DNA from: Candidatus Kuenenia stuttgartensis
GTDB lineage: Bacteria > Planctomycetota > Brocadiia > Brocadiales > Brocadiaceae
Direction of reading: 5' to 3'
Assembly (NCBI RefSeq): GCF_900232105.1
Contig: NZ_LT934425.1
Location: forward strand, 210,001 to 242,000
Length of the DNA stretch: 32,000 nt
This document shows positions 18,357-28,160 of the stretch, in pieces. Below the pieces are notes generated by a model, which worked only from the letters and a program-made list of their open reading frames with translations, did not search any database and was not told the origin of the DNA. Each line of letters opens with the position of its first letter. The first letter of the stretch is position 1. Position numbers and translations under genes: made by a program.

Positions 18357-19358
18357 TTAATCAATAGACGGCGCAAACAGGTTCAGGCTGAAAAACCGTT
18401 CAGGGTCAAACCATTGCTGTTCCACATAAAGGCCTGTCTTTTCTGCCAGCGTATCAATATCGTCGAGTGAATACTTGAATGAGTTTTCCGTGTGGATAGT
18501 TTCATTCGCCTTAAAACAAACCTCTAATTCAATGTCACGGATGAAGACCTTCTGATCAATATTACTGATCAGGTACATCTCAATTCGTCCAACTTTTTCA
18601 TTGTAAATTGCCTTATGATCAAATTTTTCGATATTAAAATTACCTCCAAGTTCTCTATTCACGTGTGTGAGGAGGTTCAGGTTGAACTCAGCAGTGATAC
18701 CCTGTGAATCATTGTAGGCATTTTCTATAATAGTTTTATCTTTTTGTAAATCTATGCCGACCAGAAACCTGTCATTGGGGAGCATTATTTTCTGTATATG
18801 TCGTAGAAGAGTCGTCACCTCTGACCTACCAAGGTTACCAATACTTGACCCTAACCATATAATGAGTTTCCGTTGTGCTGCCTGGATATTTAATTGATGA
18901 ATTCCTTCATTATATCGAGCGGCAATTGCATTTATTTCCAGATTCGGATATGCCTTGAGCAGAGAATAAGAACTTTCCTCAAGCATTTGGCGAGACACAT
19001 CTATAGGAGAATAATAAGCCAGACTTTGATGTTTAAGGAAGGTCTCTATTAAAATTCTTGTTTTTGTTGAGCTCCCACTTCCTAATTCTATAAGAGCAGT
19101 CTCTTTCGGAAATCGAGAGACAATATCATCCACGTTTGTCTCAAGGATATTCGTTTCTGTGCGCGTCGGGTAGTATTCCGGGAGTTCACAGATTTTCTCA
19201 AACAACTGTGATCCGATATGATCATAGAAATAAACAAAAGGAAGGTATTTGGACTCAGAGGCAAGACCGATTTTGACGTCTTCGGAGAAGTTATTTATGA
19301 AGATCTCGTCATCGGTTGTTGTAAGCATAAACCGCTCTTCAATTTTTGAAGTTGGCAT
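18357..19358 (-). CDS. egtD: Histidine N-alpha-methyltransferase (EgtD family)
   Basis: ALIELGSGSSTKTRILIETFL, YSPIDVSRQML, IIWLGSSIGNL, VGRIEMYLISN, FKANETIHTENSFKYSLDDI...FSLNLFAPS. ATG at 19358 preceded by GGAGGAG (the longer ORF starts at a TTG). Confidence 0.9.
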   Translation of the reverse strand: MPTSKIEERFMLTTTDDEIFINNFSEDVKIGLASESKYLPFVYFYDHIGSQLFEKICELPEYYPTRTETNILETNVDDIVSRFPKETALIELGSGSSTKTRILIETFLKHQSLAYYSPIDVSRQMLEESSYSLLKAYPNLEINAIAARYNEGIHQLNIQAAQRKLIIWLGSSIGNLGRSEVTTLLRHIQKIMLPNDRFLVGIDLQKDKTIIENAYNDSQGITAEFNLNLLTHVNRELGGNFNIEKFDHKAIYNEKVGRIEMYLISNIDQKVFIRDIELEVCFKANETIHTENSFKYSLDDIDTLAEKTGLYVEQQWFDPERFFSLNLFAPSID

Positions 19359-19588
19359 TAGATGTTTCTCCTCCAAAGATGACAGGAAATTGCCTTTTTC
19401 TATCGGGTGTTCAGTTTAATAAAAACAAAGAAAATTACAAGATCTTTTTATTTTATCAGCCCTATTGAACACCAAAGAAGAGAGGCGTAGGGAAGAAGGA
19501 TGTGGAATTATAGGTGAACTATAAGAAAATGGATAATGTGCAGCACATTACCCGATTTTATACAAGAAATTGACAAAGGCTTGCTCCC

Positions 19589-20127
19589 ATGCAAATGGGG
19601 AACGGCAAGACCTTCCCCATATCCTGCAGAGAGAGTATGCGTGCCGTTTTAGACGGTTATAGCAGACAAATAGTCCATTGGGAAATCCGGAAAACAATGA
19701 AGGAAACGGAGGTGGAAATTATCCTGAAACGGGCTAAAGAGAAGTATCCAAATGTCAAACCAAGGATCATTTCTGACAATGGTCCACAGTTCATAGCAAA
19801 GGATTTCAAGGACTATCTCCGGATAAGCGGGACGGCACATGTTAAAACAACACCTTTCTATCCTCAAAGTAACGGAAAAATAGAAAGATGGCACAAGACA
19901 ATAAAGCAGGAAGTATTCGCTCCTATTGCCCTGTAAACCTGCAAGATGCCCGGCGAATCGTGGATGAATTTGTTGTGCATTACAACACGAAACGATTACA
20001 TAGCGCAATAGGTTATATCGCCCCGCAGGACAAATTGCTCGGACGTAAAAAAGAAATCTTTTTGGAACGAGACCGAAAATTAAGTGAAGCGCGGCAACGG
20101 CGGGCGGCTAAACGAAAGATCGTTTGA
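19589..20127 (+). pseudogene. IS3-family OrfB-type transposase (integrase core) remnant, frameshifted/N-truncated
   Basis: AVLDGYSRQIVHWEIR...RIISDNGPQFIAKDFKDYLRISGTAHVKTTPFYPQSNGKIERWHKTIKQE, continued in another frame by ARRIVDEFVVHYNTKRLHSAIGYIAPQDKLLGR. Confidence 0.88.
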
Positions 20128-20385
20128 CAGAAAGGCGGTGAAGGAATAGAATCGTGCCGTCCGACAAAACAGAGGCGGGCTCTGCTGGGGAGCAATCCGC
20201 CGAGGGATAGCCGGACGAGGAACGACGGATCGTCATTCCGAGAGAGGAGGCAAATCGATCCTATTTCGCTCACAACCAAAGAATGACGAACCAGAGTTCC
20301 TCTTATACCTAAAATAAACCATGGGGGTCTGGGGTAAAGCTACAGCTTTAGTAGTTTATTTTAAATTCGAAAATTCCCATTTACG

Positions 20386-20691
20386 GTGAATCAACACAAG
20401 ATGAACCGTAGAAATCTTGTCCGGGCGTTTGATATTGCCAAGGAAAATGCCAGCATACAAAACTTTCATTTCCACGATGTACGCCATTGCTTTGCGACAA
20501 GGTTAGCGCAAAGGGGCATTGATATTTACAGAATATCAAAACTGCCAGGGCATCTTAACATCACCATGACCCAGCGTTATGCACATCATTGTCCTGAAAG
20601 TTTAAGGGGTGGGATCGAGGTTTTAGAGAAAGTTGACTACAGTGGGGGTAAACAGAAATGTATCAACGGCCTGAAAACCCTTATAAAATAA
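20386..20691 (+). pseudogene. Tyrosine recombinase (phage-type integrase) C-terminal fragment
   Basis: IQNFHFHDVRHCFATRLAQRGIDIYRISKLPGHLNITMTQRYAHHCPESL carries the HxxR...GH...Y catalytic signature; no N-terminal domain. Confidence 0.85.
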
Positions 20692-20693
20692 GA

Positions 20694-20766
20694 GCCCGCG
20701 ATCGGAGTCGAACCGACAACCTCATCATTACGAATGACGTGCTCCGCCAATTGAGCTACGCGGGCT
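20694..20766 (-). tRNA. tRNA-Thr(CGU)
   Basis: Cloverleaf folded by hand on the minus strand: GCCCGCG-TA-GCTC-AATTGGCG-GAGC-A-CGTCA-TTCGTAA-TGATG-AGGTT-GTCGG-TTCGACT-CCGAT-CGCGGGC; anticodon CGT. Confidence 0.93.
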
Positions 20767-20836
20767 TATTGCATAATAAAATTATGTCGCGATTATAAAA
20801 CAAATTTACCGATTTTCAATCTTTTATAGCAAAGTA

Positions 20837-21670
20837 TTACAATTTTACAGATTTTCTTACAATGTTGTAAATATCCTTCGTTTGTTCTATAAGGAACTGC
20901 AAATCATTCAACGGCAGCATTGTGGCGGCATCGGAAAGCGCCCGTTCCGGATGCTCATGCACTTCCAGGAAGAGTCCGTCACACCCACCTGTTGCGATAG
21001 CCGCTCTTGCAAGCGGCGCTACCATAGTTCTATCACCGCCGGACATGCTTCCCTGCCCTCCAGGAAGCTGTGTACTGTGGGTTGCATCAAAGATAACAGG
21101 ACAATTTAACGTTTTCATAATAATCAGGGAACGCATATCGCTTACCAAATTGTTATATCCAAAACACGCGCCTCGTTCTGTGAGAAGAATCTGCCCGTTT
21201 CCGGTGCTTCTTATTTTTTCAACAACCGATTTCATATCCCAAGGCGATAAAAATTGCCCTTTTTTTATATTAACAGGTTTACCGGTATCTGCCGCAGCGA
21301 CGATTAAATCCGTCTGCCTGCACAAAAAAGCGGGGATTTGAATAATATCAAGCACATCCGCCGCCATTGATATCTCTTCCGTGCAATGTACGTCGGACAG
21401 GATTGGAATCTTCAACCGTTCTTTAATCTTACGTAATATTTCCAGCCCTTTTGTAATGCCGGGGCCTCTGTACGAATGGACGGAAGTCCTGTTTGCCTTG
21501 TCATATGAAGCTTTAAATATGAAAGGTGCCTTATTTTTAAGAAAAATGTCCTTTAACGTTTCCGCTAACCGAAAACAGCTTTCTTCGCTTTCTATTATGC
21601 AAGGCCCTGCGATAAAAAATAATTCAGATTCGCCTATCGAAAAGTTATTTAATGGTATTTTATTTGACAT
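20837..21670 (-). CDS. kdsA: 2-dehydro-3-deoxyphosphooctonate aldolase (KDO-8-phosphate synthase)
   Basis: LFFIAGPCIIESEESCFRLAETL, FKASYDKANRTS, RGPGITKGLEIL, DVHCTEE, IPAFLCRQTDLI, KKGQFLSPWDM, GGDRTMVAPLARAAIATG, FLEVHEHPERALSD. ATG at 21670 (MSNKIPLNNF). Confidence 0.95.
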   Translation of the reverse strand: MSNKIPLNNFSIGESELFFIAGPCIIESEESCFRLAETLKDIFLKNKAPFIFKASYDKANRTSVHSYRGPGITKGLEILRKIKERLKIPILSDVHCTEEISMAADVLDIIQIPAFLCRQTDLIVAAADTGKPVNIKKGQFLSPWDMKSVVEKIRSTGNGQILLTERGACFGYNNLVSDMRSLIIMKTLNCPVIFDATHSTQLPGGQGSMSGGDRTMVAPLARAAIATGGCDGLFLEVHEHPERALSDAATMLPLNDLQFLIEQTKDIYNIVRKSVKL

Positions 21671-21716
21671 AGTTTCGGGAGTTTGGGAACGAGTTGTGCT
21701 TCGGTAGTTTAATAGA

Positions 21717-22187
21717 CTATGCCGAAAAGCTACCAATTTCCTTAAATACCTTCTCTATTATTTCAGGTATTGCATTTTTTAATTCCATGGAAAGTTTCAT
21801 TCCGTATTTAACAGTTTTTGGCTGGACTCCAATAATCCTTATCTCTGGGAGATTGTCGAGAAGTGTTGCCATTTTAATCACTTCCAACAAGTCAGTTTCG
21901 TGTAAGGAATATCTGATTTTTCGATAAGAAGAATAAATGGCGTTGCCTTTGAAGCTGATTATTGCACCGGGTTTCTTACCATTATCAACCGCATCTATAA
22001 AGATAACCCTGCCTGCTTCATACATAAGTTCAAGAAGTTTAAACCCGCCGGTACCACCGTCAAATATTTCGATATTTTCCGGTAATTTATGCTTCAACAA
22101 TTCATTTACTGCATGGATTCCAATACCTTCATCCATTAAGAGAAGATTGCCAATTCCTATGATTTTTATTTTATTGTATTTCCCCAT
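21717..22187 (-). CDS. Hydrogenase maturation protease-family protein (HyaD/HoxW type)
   Basis: IKIIGIGNLLLMDEGIGIHAVNELL, EIFDGGTGGFKLLELM, VIFIDAVD, HETDLLEV, RIIGVQPKTV. Confidence 0.88.
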   Translation of the reverse strand: MGKYNKIKIIGIGNLLLMDEGIGIHAVNELLKHKLPENIEIFDGGTGGFKLLELMYEAGRVIFIDAVDNGKKPGAIISFKGNAIYSSYRKIRYSLHETDLLEVIKMATLLDNLPEIRIIGVQPKTVKYGMKLSMELKNAIPEIIEKVFKEIGSFSA

Positions 22188-22237
22188 CCATAATATGTTC
22201 TGGTATGTGAAAACAGAGGGTTCATCCTAATGTATTT

Positions 22238-25200
22238 CTACGGCTTCCATTCTGCCATATGTTTTAACAATTTCCATTTCCTTTGGATATCTGCTTCCGC
22301 AAGCTTCATCAACTCTTTTGCCATCTCAGGATTGGCTGACCTAAGGGCCTTATATCTATTTTCGCGGTAAGCATATTCTTCAAATGGGATTGATGGATCC
22401 TTACTGTTGATTACGAAAGGATTTTCGCCTTGTGCTTCAAGGTCAGGATTGTAACGATATAGGGGCCAATATCCACAAGCAACGGCCTTTTTTTGCGCCT
22501 CTATTCCCTTGCTCATATCCATACCGTGCGCAATGCAAGTTGAATATGCTATGATTAAAGCAGGGCCTTTATATGCATCCGCTTCAATAAATGCCTTGAG
22601 CGTTTGTGCCTGATTCGCTCCAAAAGCTACCTGGGCAATATAGACATTGCCGTAATTTGACATAATCATGCCAATATTCTTCTTTGGAGTCCGTTTCCCG
22701 CCTGCAGCAAATTGTGCAATTGCCCCTAAAGGGGTCGCCTTTGACATCTGCCCGCCCGTATTTGAATACACTTCTGTATCCAATATAAGCAGTTTAATAT
22801 TTTCCCCGGACGCCAAAACATGGTCTACGCCGCCATAGCCGATATCGTATCCCCAGCCATCGCCACCTACAGACCATACAGATTTTTTCACCAGATAATC
22901 TGCAAGAGAAAGCAGGTGTTTTGCTTCTGAAGAACCATCATTTTTTAACAACTGTTTAAGTTTTTCAACACGCTCTCTTTGTTCTTCAATTGATTTCTGA
23001 TTCGATTGGTCTGCATCAATTAGCGCATCAAATAGTTCTTTAGAACCAGCATAAGTATCTTTTACTGATAGTTTATTAATAAGTTCTACTGCCTGTTTGT
23101 GGAAATTATCCACCGCTTGCCGCATACCAAGGCCAAACTCCGCCGTATCCTCAAATAATGAGTTTGACCATGCAGGCCCCCTTCCGTCATCCCGCTTTGT
23201 GTAAGGAGTAGTTGGCAGGTTCCCACCATAAATAGAACTGCAACCAGTTGCGTTTGCTATCAATAACCGGTCGCCAAATAATTGTGTAAGTAATTTAATA
23301 TATGGGGTCTCCCCGCAACCAACACAGGCGCCGCTATATTCAAAGAGCGGCTTTACAAATTGACTGCCTTTTACGTTCGAAATACTGAACCTTGATGTAT
23401 CGGTTTCCGGCAGCTTTAAAAAGAAATCATAATTTTCTGCTTCAATGCATCGTAAAGGTTCTTGTAATTTCATATTAATCGCCTTAACCCCTGGTATCTT
23501 ATTACCGTTAGAGTCCTTTTTCTGACCAGGGCAATTGAACACGCAAGATGCACATCCGGTACAATCTTCAGGAGCAACCTGTACCGTAAATTTAAGCCCC
23601 TGAAGATCTTTTCCCGTCGCATCTATGGATTTGAAAGCACGAGGAGCATCTTTGAGCAACGAAGGATCATATGCTTTAATTCTGATTGAAGCATGAGGAC
23701 ACACAAAAGAACACTGACCACATTGTATACATGCGTCAGGTTCCCATTCAGGAATATGGACGCCAATGTTTCTTTTTTCATATTGCGTAGTTCCTGTTGG
23801 CCAGGTCCCGTCATCCGGGATTGCCGATACCGGCAATGAATCTCCTTTATTTGCAAGCAATTTTGCTGTTACATTCCTGACAAATTCAGGTGCATTATCC
23901 GGTACAGGCTTAATCATCCTTACCTTGCTCTTGGCTTTATCAGGAATCGGCACCTCGATAATACTTTGCAGCGCCCGGTCAACTGCTTCATAATTCAACT
24001 TCACCACTTCTTCGCCCTTCTTTATATAAGTCTTTTTAATCTCTTTTTTAATAGACTCTATTGCTTTTTCTTTTGGGATAATACCCGATATAACAAAAAA
24101 GGCTGTTTGCATTATCATATTTATTCTTGCGCCAAGGCCAATTTCTTCGGCAAGTGAAATGGCATCGATTATATAAAGCTTCATTTTTTTCTTAATGAGT
24201 TGTTCCTGGACTTCAACGGGCAGTGAGTCCCATGCGTCATCCCTGGTATGCGAAGTTGTGAGAAGAAAGGTTGCGCCTTCTTCTGCATTGGATAACATAT
24301 CAATTTTTTCAGGGAAAGCGGGATTGTGGCAGGCAATAAAATTCGCCTTTGAAATAAGATAGGGTTTATTGATTTTTTCTTTCCCAAATCTCAGATGTGA
24401 TACGGTTGTAGCGCCGGCTTTCTTCGAATCATAAACAAAATATGCCTGTGAATAATTATCCGTTTCATCGCCAATAATTTTTATAGTGTTTTTATTGGCG
24501 CCTACCGTGCCGTCAGAACCTAATCCGTAAAATAATGCCCGAAATACCTTGCTTTCATCATTATTAAAGTTTTCATCATATTCCAGGCTCGTATTACATA
24601 CATCGTCATCAATACCAATGGTGAAGTGATTCTTTGGGGTCTCTTTTGAAATATTATCATATACGGCCTTTACCATTGCAGGGGTAAAATCTTTTGACCC
24701 AAGTCCATATCTTCCGCCGACTATCTTTGGATACTCCCTGAATTTTGCAATGCCTTTTTCCATCGCCTCGCTTATCGCAGTTCTCACATCAAGATAGAGT
24801 GGTTCACCAATCGCACCAGGCTCCTTTGTCCTGTCAAGCACCGCAATAGCTTTTACGCTTACCGGCAATGTTTTTACAAACGTATCAATATCAAAAGGTC
24901 TGAACAACCTGACCTGCAGAAGCCCAAGTTTTTTACCGTTTTTATTAAGGGCGCTAATGGTGTTTGCAACTGTTTCACCGCCTGAACCCATAATGACGAT
25001 GATATTTTCCGCATCGGGCGCTCCATAATAATCAAATAGTTTATATTGGCGACCAACAATACCTGCAAATCTGTCCATCACTTTTTGCACTATCGCGGGA
25101 GTTGCGTTGTAGTATTTATTCACCGTCTCCCTGCCTTGAAAATACACGTCAGGATTCTGTGATGTGCCTCTGATAGCGGGATGATCCGGGGAAAGCCCTC

Positions 25201-25816
25201 TTTTGCGATGGGCAATAACAAGATCGTCATTTATCATCGCACGCATATCATCAAAGCTTAGTTCCTCAATCTTCTGTACCTCGTGAGAGGTTCTGAAACC
25301 GTCAAAGAAATGAATAAATGGAATCCTAGACTCAAGAGTCGCTGCCTGTGATATAAGGGCAAAATCCATTGCTTCCTGAACATTCTGGGAACACAACATT
25401 GCGAATCCGGTAGCACGGGCAGCCATTACGTCAGAATGATCACCAAATATCGACAGCCCCTGGCATGCAAGCGAGCGAGCTGTTATATGAAAAACAGTAG
25501 GCGTTAATTCGCCTGCTATTTTATACATATTCGGTATAATAAGTAACAGCCCCTGGGAAGCAGAATTAGTCGTGGCTAATGCCCCTGTCGTTAAAGACCC
25601 GTGGACAGCGCCTGCGACACCGGCTTCTGACTGCATCTGACTCACTTTGGGAACTGTGCCCCATATGTTTACTTGTCCTTTTGCTGACTTAGCGTCGCAA
25701 ATCTCCGCAATTGGGGAAGACGGGGTTATTGGATAGATTGTAATTATTTCGTTTGTAGCATGTACTACATGTGCGCATGCGGTACAACCATCGACGATTA
25801 CTGTCCTACGATTCAT
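22238..25816 (-). CDS. nifJ: Pyruvate:ferredoxin (flavodoxin) oxidoreductase
   Basis: 1192-aa single-chain PFOR: ACAHVVHATNEIITIYPITPSSPIAE, two ferredoxin CxxCxxCxxxC clusters (CIQCGQCSFVCPH, CTGCASCVFNCP), TPP region GDGWGYDIGYGGVDHVLASGENIKLLILDTEVYSNTGGQ. Confidence 0.97.
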   Translation of the reverse strand: MNRRTVIVDGCTACAHVVHATNEIITIYPITPSSPIAEICDAKSAKGQVNIWGTVPKVSQMQSEAGVAGAVHGSLTTGALATTNSASQGLLLIIPNMYKIAGELTPTVFHITARSLACQGLSIFGDHSDVMAARATGFAMLCSQNVQEAMDFALISQAATLESRIPFIHFFDGFRTSHEVQKIEELSFDDMRAMINDDLVIAHRKRGLSPDHPAIRGTSQNPDVYFQGRETVNKYYNATPAIVQKVMDRFAGIVGRQYKLFDYYGAPDAENIIVIMGSGGETVANTISALNKNGKKLGLLQVRLFRPFDIDTFVKTLPVSVKAIAVLDRTKEPGAIGEPLYLDVRTAISEAMEKGIAKFREYPKIVGGRYGLGSKDFTPAMVKAVYDNISKETPKNHFTIGIDDDVCNTSLEYDENFNNDESKVFRALFYGLGSDGTVGANKNTIKIIGDETDNYSQAYFVYDSKKAGATTVSHLRFGKEKINKPYLISKANFIACHNPAFPEKIDMLSNAEEGATFLLTTSHTRDDAWDSLPVEVQEQLIKKKMKLYIIDAISLAEEIGLGARINMIMQTAFFVISGIIPKEKAIESIKKEIKKTYIKKGEEVVKLNYEAVDRALQSIIEVPIPDKAKSKVRMIKPVPDNAPEFVRNVTAKLLANKGDSLPVSAIPDDGTWPTGTTQYEKRNIGVHIPEWEPDACIQCGQCSFVCPHASIRIKAYDPSLLKDAPRAFKSIDATGKDLQGLKFTVQVAPEDCTGCASCVFNCPGQKKDSNGNKIPGVKAINMKLQEPLRCIEAENYDFFLKLPETDTSRFSISNVKGSQFVKPLFEYSGACVGCGETPYIKLLTQLFGDRLLIANATGCSSIYGGNLPTTPYTKRDDGRGPAWSNSLFEDTAEFGLGMRQAVDNFHKQAVELINKLSVKDTYAGSKELFDALIDADQSNQKSIEEQRERVEKLKQLLKNDGSSEAKHLLSLADYLVKKSVWSVGGDGWGYDIGYGGVDHVLASGENIKLLILDTEVYSNTGGQMSKATPLGAIAQFAAGGKRTPKKNIGMIMSNYGNVYIAQVAFGANQAQTLKAFIEADAYKGPALIIAYSTCIAHGMDMSKGIEAQKKAVACGYWPLYRYNPDLEAQGENPFVINSKDPSIPFEEYAYRENRYKALRSANPEMAKELMKLAEADIQRKWKLLKHMAEWKP

Positions 25817-26109
25817 TCCTTTCTCCTTGCAGATTATATTTATCCATTACTAAAATACTTAATTGGGGCCAGAAAAGCATAATTTCTTCATTAATAGTAA
25901 CTATTCAGCGTAATTTATTAAACTACCGGAGCTCAGAACGTAACTCGTTCCCAAACTCCACAGACTGAGTCAAATAAAAGTTGCAGCGATGGTGTATATT
26001 CGGCTTAAAAAGTATAGATAATTTTTTTCTACACTTTATTTTGTATCAGGTCTAAAAATTCCCGTAATATATCTTTATTAGTGCATTCCGGTGTCTAATC
26101 CCTCTGGTT

Positions 26110-27705
26110 TTACATGCTATTGAACTTTGCAATCAACATTGGCACACCAATTATGGTTATCATTCTCGCCATGTTAAAACAGGTTGATAGAATTGATAGT
26201 TCTGCATCAACCCCTTCCCTGCCCCGCAATAAAAATTGACCGGCTCCTAAATTCCGTTTCATATGACCAAATTGTAATTCTACCTTTTCTTTACGCAATT
26301 TATAGAGCTTCTGGCTTTCTTCCTCGTGGTATATTTCTTCGAGTCGCTCTTTAAGTTCTTCTAGTTTTACCATTCGCACTACCCGCCTACCATCTTTGCA
26401 GGTAGTGCATTTTCCAAAATGCCGGCATTCACGACACTCTTTACCTACGGCCTTGTAACTTACTTTCTCCTCAGAACCAAATGCGAATCCTTTCTTCTCA
26501 AGTATCTTTCCTTCAGGACAAATATATACATCCTTTTCCTTATCGTAGCTAAACTCTTCCTTACCAAACGGCTCTAACTCCGTTTTCTTGTTCTCTTTTT
26601 GCGCCTGCCTTCTGCCCGGCATTATTACCTTTACATCTTCCGGTACTTTCTCTATATCTTTAAGACTGAAATATCCCGCATCGCTCACTACCTCTGCCGG
26701 CGGCTTCCCCAAGGTTTCTGTACACTGTTTCACCTGCCCTGAGAGTTGATTCAGATCGTTGTTCTGACTAACGGCTTCGCTGTTTACTATTAATCCGTGT
26801 TTCTTGTCCGTGCTTACCTGGCAATTCATTATTGCATGACTCCCCTGCCTTCAGACTGGGTCAAATGAACTTTGTTGTCTCAAAAGTGGGGGCAACTCCT
26901 CGCATTATGCCTGTTTTAGACCATATTTAGTGCTGTTTTCCCATTAAAGTGGAGAATGCCTGTCGTAAAATAGGATAAAATTGTCCATTTGACCCAGTCT
27001 GCTTGTCTTGCCATTGACACTATCACTATCCGTAGTATTGATCTTCTCTTTACCGCTCTCCTTGAGTTTCTTCGATATCTCTTTTACCTTCGCCTGCAAT
27101 TTCTCATTGCTCTGAAGCTCTTCTTTTAGCTTCACTAATGACCCCTTACTGTCTTCTTCCTTGTCTATCCGTTCGGCTTCTTCCATTATCCTTTCTATAT
27201 TTTTCTCCGCTATCTCTAAATATTTCCCGCACTTCTTTTCATCCCACGTATTATTTATAGAGGCATTCGCCCTGAATTTACTCCCGTCTATAAACAAGAT
27301 GTTTCCCGCTATCAATCCAATCTCTATACAGAATTTTACATTCTGATTTAAAACCTGCTTTATCGCTTCTTTATTCTCTCTGCGAAATCTCGATATCGTA
27401 CGGTAATCAGGTTTTATACCGGATACTAACCACATGAAGGATAGATTATGATAGTACGCCCTTTCCAGTCTGCGGGAACTCCTTTCCCCATAGGCATATC
27501 CATATACGATTAATTTTAAGAGCGCCCTTGGATGATATTCATGCGCACCGGCTTTATACGCATTGATCTCAAAACCCATTTCCTGAAGGTCTAAGCTCTC
27601 TATAAATGCATCATACGCCCTCACAGGATCTTCTTTTCCTACATAATCTTGTATTACCGGTGGAAAAAGTGTGTTTTGATCTCTGTTCCCTATAATATAT
27701 GCCAT
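26110..27705 (-). pseudogene. IS1182-family transposase split by a 150-bp insertion
   Basis: N-part MAYIIGNRDQNTLFPPVIQDYVGKEDPVRAYDAFIE...FIDGSKFRANAS; C-part AIMNCQVSTDKKHGLIVNSEAVSQNNDLNQL...VVSDAGYFS.... Removing 26852-27001 plus one CTT joins them in frame: DSVNGKTRQGSHAIMNCQV. Confidence 0.93.
26852..27001. mobile_element. 150-bp MITE with 16-bp perfect TIRs and 3-bp target duplication
   Basis: CAGACTGGGTCAAATG (26852-26867) / CATTTGACCCAGTCTG (26986-27001); target duplication CTT (26849-26851, 27002-27004). Confidence 0.95.
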
Positions 27706-28135
27706 ATTCCCCTTGTCTCCTCGTTTAATGCAATCATGTGTGATGAAAACAAACCGTAAAATAGATTTATCTCTTTATTTTACAAGTGGTTATGTTAGCA
27801 TAAACCATACGGATAGTCAAGGGTTTTTTGACTTTAATTTGTTGATTTATAAATACTTACGTCATTTTACCTATGTCTGGCCAAAACCTGTACACAACGA
27901 CTGCCTGGCGAACGGTTGTTTGGCTGAAAATAGTTTCTTATTTCCCTATGTGACCTTTTTAGGCCATAAATGTTTTTCATTTGACCCAGTCTGCCAGTTT
28001 GGGAACGCAATTGCACTGGAAACTTTGTTTCCAGTGAGGGTCTGACTTGACAAATTACAAACTGTCTGAACCCTGTGATTTTATTTCCTATCTATCAGCA
28101 AACAGGCGAGAAACCGGAGTTTCTCGAACAAATGC

Positions 28136-28160
28136 ATTCCCAAACTGGAGTTTGGGAACG
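28136..28160. repeat. Palindromic repeat attcccaaact-gg-agtttgggaacg (intact copy)
   Basis: Same palindrome as the reconstructed target of the IS1182-like element (cgttcccaaact-cc-agtttgggaacg). Related copies or half-copies at about 2103-2128, 3812-3835 and 21680-21697. Confidence 0.75.

Larger units (their letters stand above)
25962..27993 (-). mobile_element. IS1182-like insertion sequence, 2032 bp, interrupted by a MITE
   Basis: Ends CAGACTGAGTCAAATAAAAG (25962) and CATTTGACCCAGTCTG (27978-27993) are inverted repeats; 3-bp target duplication CCA (25959-25961 and 27994-27996); transposase inside. Confidence 0.88.

Noticed and set aside
19377-19588. EgtB/EgtC/EgtE or rhodanese-type EanB gene near egtD
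   Set aside because: The adjacent sequence is non-coding or IS3-type remnant; no such ORF is present in the window.
22238-25816. Short ORFs within the nifJ region (23623..23856, 23766..23993, 24181..24387, 24874..25068)
   Set aside because: Out-of-frame or antisense to a complete PFOR with all cofactor motifs.
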